Shown here piece by piece: positions 31,385 to 39,826 of a stretch of DNA of 64,000 nt. The notes under the pieces were generated by a model. It was not told the DNA's origin and did no database searches. It worked only from the letters and a program-made list of their open reading frames with translations. The DNA lies in contig CAVSAC010000010.1 of NCBI GenBank assembly GCA_963725865.1, forward strand, positions 1 through 64,000, in the 5' to 3' direction. The stretch is from Candidatus Eiseniibacteriota bacterium. GTDB taxonomy: Bacteria; Eisenbacteria; RBG-16-71-46. The stretch's first letter is position 1. Every line of letters begins with the position of its first letter. Made by a program: the position numbers and the translations under genes.

Positions 31385-33166
31385 CTACGCGCGTCCGAAG
31401 CGACGATGCAGCTCGTCCAGCTCGAGCCGCACGAAGGTGGGGCGCCCGTGGGGATCGCCGTGCGGGCGCGAGGTCGCGAACAGCCGGTCCACCAGCGCCC
31501 GCATCTCCGTCTGGGTGAGGGCGTCCCCGGCGCGGGTGGCCGCGTGGCAGGCGTACGAGCGCGCGAGCCGCTCGGCGACCTCCTCGGCGGCCGTGCGTCC
31601 GGTGCTCTCGCCGATGCCGTCGAGCACGTCCTGCAGGAGCTGCCCCGGCCGCTCGTGCCGCAGTCCGGAGGGCACGCCGCGGATCACCACGGTGGGCGGA
31701 CCGAGCGGCGCCAGATCCCAGCCCAGCTGCTCGAGCGACGGGCCGACCTCGAGCAGCAGCTCGAACTGGTCGCGCGACACGTCGACGATGGCCGGGAACA
31801 GCAGCCCCTGCGATGTCCCGCGCTCGCCGTGCAGGCGCGCCATCGCCTCCTCGAACAGGATGCGCTCGTGCGCGGCGTGCTGATCCACGATGACCAGTCC
31901 CCCTCGCACCGGCGCCAGGATGTACGTGCGGTGGAGCTGCCACAGCTCCGGCTCGGCGTTCGCGGCCGGCGTCGGCACGGCGGCACCGAGCGCCTCCGCG
32001 CCGGCCCCGGCGGCGGCCGGTTCCGCGCCGGTCGCGGGCGCGGGCGCCGCGGGCCCCGCCGCGCCGAGGTCGAGTCCGAGGTAGGTCTGGTCGGGTGATC
32101 CCTCGTGGACGCGCTCCGCCCAGCGCGGCTCCGGCGTGCCGCCGCGCACGACGGTGAACGGCGGGTGCATGCCGGCGAGCGGCCGGGCGCAGGCGCCCGC
32201 CACCAGCGAGAACACCGAGTCTTCGTCCGCGAAGCGCACCTCGCGCTTGGTCGGATGCACGTTCACGTCGAGCCGCGCGGGCGGCACCGTGAGCCACACC
32301 GTGGCCGCCGGAAAGCGTCCCGGCGGCAGCAGGTTGCCGTAGGCCTGGCGGAGTGCCTGCGCGATCAACGGGCTCTGGATCCAGCGGCGGTTGACGAGGA
32401 ACACCTGGCCGTCGCGGGTGGCGCGCGCGTGCTCGGGGAGCCCGAGCAGCGCCCGCAACCGGAGTCCGTCGCGCTCGCCCTCGGCGGCCAGCAGCTGCGC
32501 CGCCAGCCGTGGACTCCACAGCGCCTGCGCGCGCTCGCGCTCGTCCGCGGCCGCCGGCCAGTCGAAGCGCGGCTTGTCGTCGACCACCATCCGGAACGCC
32601 ACCGCGGGGTGCGCCAGCGCGTACGCCTCCAGCATCCGCAGCGCGGCGCGCAGCTCGCCCGCGGGCGAGTGCAGGAACTTCCGGCGCGCGGGCACGTTGA
32701 AGAACAGGTCGGATACCTCCACGGTGGTGCCCCGCGCGCGGGCGGCATCGCCGCGGGTGACGACGTCGCCCGCCTCCAGGAGCAGGAACGCCGCGCCCTC
32801 GGTGCCGGCGACGCGACTGGTCAGGCGCAGGCGGCTGACCGCGGCGATGCTCGGCAGCGCCTCGCCGCGAAAGCCGAGCGTGTCGAGACGGTCGAGATCC
32901 TCGAACGTCGTCAGCTTGCTGGTGGCGTGCCGCTCGAGCGCGAGCTCGAGGTCGTCGGGCGCGATCCCGACGCCGTCGTCCGCGACCTGGAACTGGTGGT
33001 CGAGGGCGCGCTCGACCCGCACCTCGATCGCGCTCGCACCCGCGTCGAGCGCGTTCTCCACCAGCTCCTTGAGGGCCGCCAGCGGGCGGTCGACGACCTC
33101 CCCCGCGGCGATGCGCGAGGCGGTCTCGGGAGCGAGACGATGGATGGAACGCACGGCGGCGGACAT
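31385..33166 (-). CDS. mutL: DNA mismatch repair endonuclease MutL
   Basis: IAAGEVV, KELVENALDAG, GFRGEALPSI, DVNVHPTK, DQHAAHER, ACH, PHGRP. Confidence 0.97.
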   Translation of the reverse strand: MSAAVRSIHRLAPETASRIAAGEVVDRPLAALKELVENALDAGASAIEVRVERALDHQFQVADDGVGIAPDDLELALERHATSKLTTFEDLDRLDTLGFRGEALPSIAAVSRLRLTSRVAGTEGAAFLLLEAGDVVTRGDAARARGTTVEVSDLFFNVPARRKFLHSPAGELRAALRMLEAYALAHPAVAFRMVVDDKPRFDWPAAADERERAQALWSPRLAAQLLAAEGERDGLRLRALLGLPEHARATRDGQVFLVNRRWIQSPLIAQALRQAYGNLLPPGRFPAATVWLTVPPARLDVNVHPTKREVRFADEDSVFSLVAGACARPLAGMHPPFTVVRGGTPEPRWAERVHEGSPDQTYLGLDLGAAGPAAPAPATGAEPAAAGAGAEALGAAVPTPAANAEPELWQLHRTYILAPVRGGLVIVDQHAAHERILFEEAMARLHGERGTSQGLLFPAIVDVSRDQFELLLEVGPSLEQLGWDLAPLGPPTVVIRGVPSGLRHERPGQLLQDVLDGIGESTGRTAAEEVAERLARSYACHAATRAGDALTQTEMRALVDRLFATSRPHGDPHGRPTFVRLELDELHRRFGRA

Positions 33167-33256
33167 GGCGAGGCAGGGTGACAGAGCCGTGGAAGGAGCG
33201 TCAAGGAACGCACGCGGAGCGCGCGCGTACTGGCACCGCGAGCGAACCGGCCGCGC

Positions 33257-34591
33257 TCAGGCGCGGTTGAGCCACCGCGCGCCGTGGGCGAGGAACGGGA
33301 TCGCGTCCTCGGGGCCGCCGAGCGTGACGCTCTCGTCGGTGATCGGCGGCGCGGGCGGCGCCTGCCCGCTCTCGTGCCACGCGTGCTCCCACAGCGCGAG
33401 CAGGCGGCGCCGCACGTGGGCGTAGCTCGCCGTCTCGCCGGCGGTGAGCATCAGCACCTCGAGATCACCGGGGCGGCAGATGCAGTCGGTGGTGCGTAGT
33501 TGGCCCGGCAGCGCGTCACACATCGCTCGCACGGCCACGGGCGCATCGACGAACGACAGGTGATGGATCGTGAAGCGCAGCCCGTCGCGGGTGTTGCGCT
33601 CCACCGCGAGGTCGAGCCGGGTGCCGAACTCGTCGCCCCCCATCCAGCCTTCGCGGCCCTCGGGCACCATCGGGAACGCCGGCGCGGACATCTCGCGGTC
33701 GCGCTCGTCCCAGGTCGTGCGCAGCTCCTCGACCATCCGTTCCCACTTCGTCCAGCCGATCGCGGGATCGATGGCGGCGGCCGCGAGCACCCCGCGACGC
33801 TGCGTGGTGCGGAACGGCCACGCGCCCCACGCCTTGCCCTCCTCCGGCCCGGTCAGGCGGCTGACGACCTGGGGCGTGTTGAGCTCGACCGCGAGGTCGA
33901 CGAGTCCCTTGAGCAGCGGATCGTCGCCGCCCACGTGCGCGACGATGTGCATCTCGTCCGAGCGCCCTGCCTGCAGCACCGCCGAGGTCGCGCCGGTGTG
34001 CACCACCAGGCTCTCGAGCACCTGCTCGAGACCGAGGCGGTCGGCCGGCGACGGGAAGTCCTCGAGCGTGGCGACCTCGATGGAACGCACGCCGCTGGGT
34101 CGCACCGGCTGCGGCGAGGTGGGCGCGTCGTCCCCGAGGTCCGGCAGCGTCTGCTCGACGATGGCGTCGAACGCCTGCCCGCCGAGCGTGGTCTCGAACG
34201 CCGCGGCGTGCAGCGCGAGCGGCGCCTCGATGCCCGGCACGTCGACGTCCTCGAGCCGCTCACCGGCGAGGAACGCACGCGGCACCGCGCACGGAGTTCC
34301 GAGCGCGAGCAGCAGCCCCTCGACCTGCGTGCGGCGCGCGCTGCGCTCGCTCACCAGGGCGAGGTCGAAGATCTCGCGCGTGAGATCGGCGAGGTCCACG
34401 GTGCGCGGCAGGCCGCACAGCTCCGCGACCCGCAGCCCGGCGTCGTCGTTGCGTTCGCCGGCCACCAGCCGCACGGAGAGCCCCGGACGGCGGAGCAGCG
34501 CCGGCAGCAGGTCCGCGTCCTCCCAGTCGAAATCGACCAGGACGACTCGGAACGAAGAGCCTTCGCTGAAGGTGGGTGCGACCGAACTCAT
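33257..34591 (-). CDS. Hypothetical multidomain signalling-like protein
   Basis: Long ORF with native codon usage. Segments resemble a Rossmann-like input domain, a GAF-like region and a degenerate GGDEF-like domain (pattern recognition only). Confidence 0.7.
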   Translation of the reverse strand: MSSVAPTFSEGSSFRVVLVDFDWEDADLLPALLRRPGLSVRLVAGERNDDAGLRVAELCGLPRTVDLADLTREIFDLALVSERSARRTQVEGLLLALGTPCAVPRAFLAGERLEDVDVPGIEAPLALHAAAFETTLGGQAFDAIVEQTLPDLGDDAPTSPQPVRPSGVRSIEVATLEDFPSPADRLGLEQVLESLVVHTGATSAVLQAGRSDEMHIVAHVGGDDPLLKGLVDLAVELNTPQVVSRLTGPEEGKAWGAWPFRTTQRRGVLAAAAIDPAIGWTKWERMVEELRTTWDERDREMSAPAFPMVPEGREGWMGGDEFGTRLDLAVERNTRDGLRFTIHHLSFVDAPVAVRAMCDALPGQLRTTDCICRPGDLEVLMLTAGETASYAHVRRRLLALWEHAWHESGQAPPAPPITDESVTLGGPEDAIPFLAHGARWLNRA

Positions 34592-34754
34592 GGCATCCGA
34601 CACGGGGCCTCCCGAAAGGGAACGAGCAGGCGTCGTACCAACGGGTATCGGCCGCTCCTGGCCCGCTCTGCAGGGGGAACCCACCCCGGGGAGGCGGGCG
34701 CCGGCGTGCGTTTCGCACGCCGGCGCCCCCCGTCGCGGGCGTCCTGCGATGGCC

Positions 34755-37754
34755 TCAGCCGCCGTGGCCCGGCGGTGGCTTGGGCAGCGCCACGTCGCGC
34801 AGCCGCGCGTCCAGGATGCGAACCGGGAAGCGCTGCCGGAGCCCGTCGAAATAGCCCCGCAACGCCGTATCCGTCGCGGCCCGGACGTCGTTCTGGACCC
34901 GGGCGTCGAGTTGGGCCGGCAGCGGCCCCACCCGCTGGACCAGCCGCACGCGGCCGAGGCCGCTCGGGAACTCCATCCAGCCCGTCACGCCCCCGGGCGG
35001 GATCGCCGGCGGCGAGTGCTCGCCGCCAAAGAACAGCGAATCGAGCTCGGACGGGACGCGGCCGAGTCCCCGCACCACGCCCGCGCGCTGGAGCTCGGGA
35101 GTGGACTCGAGGCCGCCGAACAGGGTGCCGAGGCTGTCGATCGACCAGCCCGCGGCCATCATGGAATCGAGCTCCGCGCACTTGGTGACCAACACCCGCC
35201 GCGCCGCGCCGCCCCGGTACTCCAGCAGCGCCTTGCTGCGCGCCAGGTCCCACGACGGCGCCTCGGGGGGCAGGATGGTGTCCACCCAAGTGATGCCGAA
35301 TCCGAACCCCCTCACCGGGTGAATGGTGGGATAGAGCTCGCCCGGCTTCATGCGCTCGAGCGTGTGGATGTACTCGACCTCGTCGGGGATCAGCACCGGC
35401 TCGCCCATGCGGATGCGCATCGGGATCAGCATGAAGCCGGTGCGATTCACGAGGGCCTTCGCCTGGGCCGTGGTGCGGACGTGCGCCAGCAGACTGTCCG
35501 CTCGCGCCAGCGCGATGCGCTCGGCCTTCGCGCGAGCCGCGTCGGAGGCGACGTTCACGTACACGTGCGTGAGCGGCTCCGCGTCCGCCGACAAGTGCTC
35601 GACGCACTGGATGACGTGCCAGCCGACCTCGCTGCGGACCGGATCGCTGATCTGCCCCGCCTGCATCGCGAACGCCGCCCGCTCGAACGCGTCGAGCATC
35701 ACGCCGCGCGTGAAGGGCCCCAGGTCGCCGCCGTTGTCCTTGGTGGCCGTGTCGTCGGAGTACTGCTTGGCGAGGCTGCCGAAGGACTCGCCCGCGCGCG
35801 CGCGTCCCACCAGCTCGAGCGCGCGCTGGCGCGCCGCCTCCACCGCCTCCGGGCTCGCGTCCTTCGGACTGATCAGGATGTGGCGCGCCGTGACCTGCTC
35901 GCTGGCCGCGTAGTCGTCGAAGTGGTCCTGCCGCCAGCGCTCCACCTCCTCGTGGGTGAGCGGCACGTCGATCAGGGCGGGGTACGGCACGACGAGCCGC
36001 GACACCATCATCGTGTTGCCGGTGGCGAAGTGCTGCGGGTCCCGGTCGTAGAGCGCCTTCGCCCCGGCCTCGTCCTGCGCGTCCTGTCGCGCGGCCAGGC
36101 GGGTCGCGAGCCGGGCGCGGGCCTGCTCGAAGGTCGGGTCGACGCGCGCGCTGATCTCCATCACCTGCCACACCATGCGGCCGCCGGGATAGGCACCGTA
36201 CCCGGCGCCCGTCCGCAGCGCGGCCCGCGCCAGCGAGTCACCGAGCGCGGCGGCGGCGGCGCCCGTGTCGGCCGGGGCTCCGACCGGGACCGGGCCCACG
36301 GTGCGCAGCGTGGTCGCCAGCTTCTCCGCCGCCCCGTCGCGGCGATTCGTCGACCAGGCGCGATACACGCGCTCGGCCGCGGTCCGCGCGGCCTCGATGC
36401 GCTGCTCGCGCATCCAGCGCAGGCGGATCTCGTCGCGCACCTCAGACAGGCTGCGCGCCACCACCGCCCCCTGGGCGCGGTCGAACGACGAGTAGTCCGC
36501 GAGATGGCCGCGGTAGAATCGATCGAGATCGGCCGCCGACGGCGGCGGGATCACGACGCGCGCGGTGTCGAAGAGCGCGTAGCGCAGCGTCAGCCCGGGA
36601 CCCGCGAGGCTGTCACGCTCGGACGCGTACATCTCGTGGAGACGGCGCTCCTTGCCGAAGTCGCGGGCATCACGGCGCAGGCGCGAGCGGATGTCCTTCG
36701 CCACCTCGGTCAGGGCGGCGAGCCGGCTCGGCGCGTGCTCCTCGACGCGTCCCACCAGCCAGCCAGGATGCGCGCGCACCGGTTGCGCCAGCAGCTGGCC
36801 GACCGGAGTCGTGAACACCGCGGCGTTGGTCTTGGCATCTCCCGCCCAGAAGCCGGGGAACGAGTTCGGCGTGACCACCACGTCGCGGCGCACGCCCCCC
36901 AGCAGCGCGCCGATCGAGTCGATCGAGCCGCCGGCGCGCAGTGCGGCGAGCACGCTGTCGGCTCGCGGGCGCAGCCCCTCCTCCCACGCGTGCACCGTGG
37001 CCGGGTCGGCGGCCAGGCTCTCGGCGAGCGCCGGGCGGTCCACGAACACCACCGTCATGCGCACGCGCTCGGGGCGGCGGAACTCGTCGGGATGGCCGTG
37101 GTAGTAGTCGAGCACCTCGGACTCGCGCGGCTCGTCGTACGTACCCGCGAAGTCGGCGAAGCGCAGCGCCAGCGCGTCCACGGTGGCGTGCTGCAGCTCG
37201 CGCTCGGCGCGCGCGCGCAGCGGCGCGGCGTCGACCGCGTGCTCCCGCTCGAGCCGCTGGCTCAGCTTCATCGCGCCGAGCTGGGTGCGGATCTGCTGGA
37301 CCGCCTGCGCCCAGCGCAGCGGGTCCTGCACCTTCACCGCCTGCAACCGCGCCTCGCTGAAGTGGCCGTTCTCCTGGAAGAACGGGTTCTTGCGCAGCTC
37401 GGTCTCGGCCTCGGCCTCGGTGCCGCTGAGCTTGAGGCGGCCGGCCTCCAGCATCAGCAGGCGGCTACGAATGAGGTTCTCGAGCATCTGGCGCTCGACC
37501 ATCGGGCGGAACTCGGCCGGGATGTCGCTGCCGAGCCGCTGGCGGTAGTCGACGAGCGCCTGCTGAAGGCTCATGTCGAGCTCGGCGCGCGCGATCCGCA
37601 GCGTACCGACCGTCGCGATCGCCGGGGAGGGTGCGGGGGCGGCGGCCGGCGGCGACGCCGCGCGCGGCGCGGGACTCTGTGCGGCGGCCCACGCGGCCAG
37701 GAGGGTGGATCCGAAGACCAGGACCGAACTGCGCGCGATGCTTCTCACGCTCAC
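34755..37754 (-). CDS. Large secreted parvulin-type peptidyl-prolyl isomerase (SurA/PpiD-like, ~1000 aa)
   Basis: GAGGAG SD before GTG, signal peptide, SurA-N-like region, ARHILI...LAKQYSDD..GGDLG..AAF..SDPVRSEVGWHVI. Confidence 0.87.
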   Translation of the reverse strand: MSVRSIARSSVLVFGSTLLAAWAAAQSPAPRAASPPAAAPAPSPAIATVGTLRIARAELDMSLQQALVDYRQRLGSDIPAEFRPMVERQMLENLIRSRLLMLEAGRLKLSGTEAEAETELRKNPFFQENGHFSEARLQAVKVQDPLRWAQAVQQIRTQLGAMKLSQRLEREHAVDAAPLRARAERELQHATVDALALRFADFAGTYDEPRESEVLDYYHGHPDEFRRPERVRMTVVFVDRPALAESLAADPATVHAWEEGLRPRADSVLAALRAGGSIDSIGALLGGVRRDVVVTPNSFPGFWAGDAKTNAAVFTTPVGQLLAQPVRAHPGWLVGRVEEHAPSRLAALTEVAKDIRSRLRRDARDFGKERRLHEMYASERDSLAGPGLTLRYALFDTARVVIPPPSAADLDRFYRGHLADYSSFDRAQGAVVARSLSEVRDEIRLRWMREQRIEAARTAAERVYRAWSTNRRDGAAEKLATTLRTVGPVPVGAPADTGAAAAALGDSLARAALRTGAGYGAYPGGRMVWQVMEISARVDPTFEQARARLATRLAARQDAQDEAGAKALYDRDPQHFATGNTMMVSRLVVPYPALIDVPLTHEEVERWRQDHFDDYAASEQVTARHILISPKDASPEAVEAARQRALELVGRARAGESFGSLAKQYSDDTATKDNGGDLGPFTRGVMLDAFERAAFAMQAGQISDPVRSEVGWHVIQCVEHLSADAEPLTHVYVNVASDAARAKAERIALARADSLLAHVRTTAQAKALVNRTGFMLIPMRIRMGEPVLIPDEVEYIHTLERMKPGELYPTIHPVRGFGFGITWVDTILPPEAPSWDLARSKALLEYRGGAARRVLVTKCAELDSMMAAGWSIDSLGTLFGGLESTPELQRAGVVRGLGRVPSELDSLFFGGEHSPPAIPPGGVTGWMEFPSGLGRVRLVQRVGPLPAQLDARVQNDVRAATDTALRGYFDGLRQRFPVRILDARLRDVALPKPPPGHGG

Positions 37755-37776
37755 GTGTCTCCTCTCGCCGGCTGGC

Positions 37777-37805
37777 TTGACGCTGTGCGGGTCGTTCACT
37801 AGGTT
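37777..37805 (+). promoter_or_regulatory. Sigma70 promoter, probably leaderless transcript
   Basis: TTGACG-N17-TAGGTT, 9 nt before the ATG at 37815. Confidence 0.65.
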
Positions 37806-37814
37806 GCGCCCTCG

Positions 37815-38564
37815 ATGTGGACGCTCGACGCTTCCGTCTCGCCGCCCCACTGGCGCCTCGTCGCGCCGGGGGACGCCCTGCTCGCCTTCTCCACTCGTCG
37901 CGGCGGGCTCAGCGATCCGCCGTTCGACTCCCTGAACCTCGGCCGCTCGACGCTCGATGACGCCGCCGCCGTCGCCGAGAACCGGCGCCGGATGCTGGCC
38001 GCGCTCGGGCTCGCTCCCGCGGCGCTCGCGACCGCCGGCCAGGTGCACGGCACCGCGGTCGCCCGCGTCACCGGACCCGGCCACACCCCGGACTGCGATG
38101 CGCTGGTGACCACCGCACGCGGCGTCGCGCTCGCGGTCACCATCGCCGACTGCCTGCCCCTGCTCTTCCACGCGCCCGGCGCGGTGTGCGCGGCCCACGC
38201 CGGCTGGCGTGGCATCGCCGCCGGCATGCCGCGCGCCGCGCTCGACGCGATGTGCGAGGCGGCCGGCTGCGCGGCGGCCCGGGTCACCGTGCACCTGGGT
38301 CCCTGCATCCGGTCGTGCTGCTACGAAGTCCGTGAAGACGTGCTGTCCCAGTTTCCGCCGGAGTTCGCGGAACGGCGCGCGGGCCGCTGGCACCTCGACC
38401 TACCGGCCGCCGCGCGCGCCGTCCTCGGCGCCGCGGGACTGCCCGAGCCGTGCATCGTGGACACCGGTGTGTGCACCGCCTGCGAACCCTACTGGTACTA
38501 CTCCCATCGTCGCGATCAGGGACGCACCGGTCGCCTGTGGGCGGTGGCGGCGTTGCGGGACTGA
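37815..38564 (+). CDS. pgeF: YfiH/PgeF family (purine nucleoside phosphorylase / peptidoglycan editing factor)
   Basis: STRRGG, SLNLG, QVHG, DALVT, ADCLP, AHAGWRG, GPCI..CCYEV, YSHRR. Confidence 0.93.
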   Translation: MWTLDASVSPPHWRLVAPGDALLAFSTRRGGLSDPPFDSLNLGRSTLDDAAAVAENRRRMLAALGLAPAALATAGQVHGTAVARVTGPGHTPDCDALVTTARGVALAVTIADCLPLLFHAPGAVCAAHAGWRGIAAGMPRAALDAMCEAAGCAAARVTVHLGPCIRSCCYEVREDVLSQFPPEFAERRAGRWHLDLPAAARAVLGAAGLPEPCIVDTGVCTACEPYWYYSHRRDQGRTGRLWAVAALRD

Positions 38565-38608
38565 CGCGCGGCGAAACGGGTGCGGAGTATAGCAACTCCG
38601 CGCGCGCC

Positions 38609-38637
38609 TTGCTCCCCGGGCGCCGCCCCCCTAGACT
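38609..38637 (+). promoter_or_regulatory. Sigma70-type promoter for the cyclophilin gene
   Basis: TTGCTC-N17-TAGACT. Confidence 0.55.
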
Positions 38638-38683
38638 CCCCGGCCGTCTCCCCGTGGTCATCCACATCCCCAAGGAGGACGTG

Positions 38684-39337
38684 ATGCGTCGAACGCTGTT
38701 GGGCCTCGCCGCCGTGATGCTGCTCGCCGCGCCCACTCTGGCCGTCAGCGCGGACAGCCCGGCTCCGAAGGCCGCACCCGCCAAGCCCGCCGCCACCGGC
38801 CCACAGGCGGTGGTGCTCCAGACGGTGCTGGGCGACATCGTCATCAAGCTCGCCGACGTCGAGGCGCCCAAGACCAGCGCGAACTTCCGCAAGCTGGTCG
38901 GCCAGGGCTTCTACGACGGGACCAGCTTCCACCGCGTGATCCCGGGCTTCATGATCCAGGGAGGCGATCCCAACTCGAAGGACGCCGACCCCGCGAACGA
39001 TGGGATGGGCGGACCCGGCTACACGGTGCCAGCCGAGATCAAGCTGCCGCACATCCGCGGCGCGGTCGCGACCGCGCGGCTCGGTGACGGCGGGAACCCC
39101 ACGCGCGCCTCGAGCGGCTCGCAGTTCTTCATCGACGTGGCGCCGCAGGCCTCGCTCGACCGCGGCGGGTACACCGTGTTCGGGCAGGTGATCGCCGGAC
39201 TGGACGTGGTCGACAAGATCGTGGCGCTGGCCTCCGACCCCTCGCTGCCGTCCGCCAACGGCGGCGGTCGCAATCCCGGCAAGAAGGCGCTCATCAAGAA
39301 GGCGGTGCTGGCGCCGCTCAGCCAGTACCAGAAGTAG
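38684..39337 (+). CDS. Secreted cyclophilin-type peptidyl-prolyl isomerase
   Basis: AGGAGG SD, signal peptide, FYDGTSFHRVIPGFMIQGGDP, SGSQFFI, YTVFGQV. Confidence 0.95.
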   Translation: MRRTLLGLAAVMLLAAPTLAVSADSPAPKAAPAKPAATGPQAVVLQTVLGDIVIKLADVEAPKTSANFRKLVGQGFYDGTSFHRVIPGFMIQGGDPNSKDADPANDGMGGPGYTVPAEIKLPHIRGAVATARLGDGGNPTRASSGSQFFIDVAPQASLDRGGYTVFGQVIAGLDVVDKIVALASDPSLPSANGGGRNPGKKALIKKAVLAPLSQYQK

Positions 39338-39355
39338 CCGCATCCGCGAACGTCG

Positions 39356-39389
39356 ACCGGAGGCCACGACCAGCGTCGTGGCCTCCGGT
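39356..39389. terminator. 15-bp perfect hairpin between convergent genes
   Basis: ACCGGAGGCCACGAC-CAGC-GTCGTGGCCTCCGGT. Confidence 0.65.
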
Positions 39390-39400
39390 GTCTCCGGCGG

Positions 39401-39826
39401 TCAGCCCCGCGGCGCGAGCGGGTTGAATCCCAGGTCCGGCCGCGCGTGGCGGCGGATCGGGTCGGGATCGGTGACCACGTGGATCTCGCACGTCACGGTC
39501 ACCGTCCCGCGGAACAGGTGTCCGCCGTGGGCGGCGAAGTCCTCGCCGCCGAGCGTGACGTGGCAGTGCGGGAACCCCTCGCCCTCGAGCTCGCTGAAGT
39601 TGCCGGTGAGCGCCACGATCTCCCACTCGCCGGCGAACGAGCGCCGGATGTACTCGCGGCTCCCGCGCACGAAGTAGCCCAGCTCGACGTCGCCCGCCGC
39701 CCCGATCCCCGAGATCGTCCCGGCCCGCACGTTCTCGCTCGCCGCGAAGGCCTTGAGCGTGGAGACGATCTCGTCGCCGGGGTCGAGCCGCAGGACGTAG
39801 CCGTAGCGCGTGCGGCGATGCTCCAT
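39401..39826 (-). CDS. PPC/DUF296 domain protein
   Basis: LRLDPGDEI, GIGA, EIVALTGN, HCH, GGHL, TCEI. Confidence 0.92.
   Translation of the reverse strand: MEHRRTRYGYVLRLDPGDEIVSTLKAFAASENVRAGTISGIGAAGDVELGYFVRGSREYIRRSFAGEWEIVALTGNFSELEGEGFPHCHVTLGGEDFAAHGGHLFRGTVTVTCEIHVVTDPDPIRRHARPDLGFNPLAPRG

Noticed and set aside
33570..37802. 1410-aa plus-strand ORF and similar long ORFs (41593-45294, 39446-41899, 17309-19375, 2993-5443)
   Set aside because: Antisense or alternative-frame shadows of well-supported genes. They are Arg/Ala-rich with no motifs, as expected in high-GC DNA.
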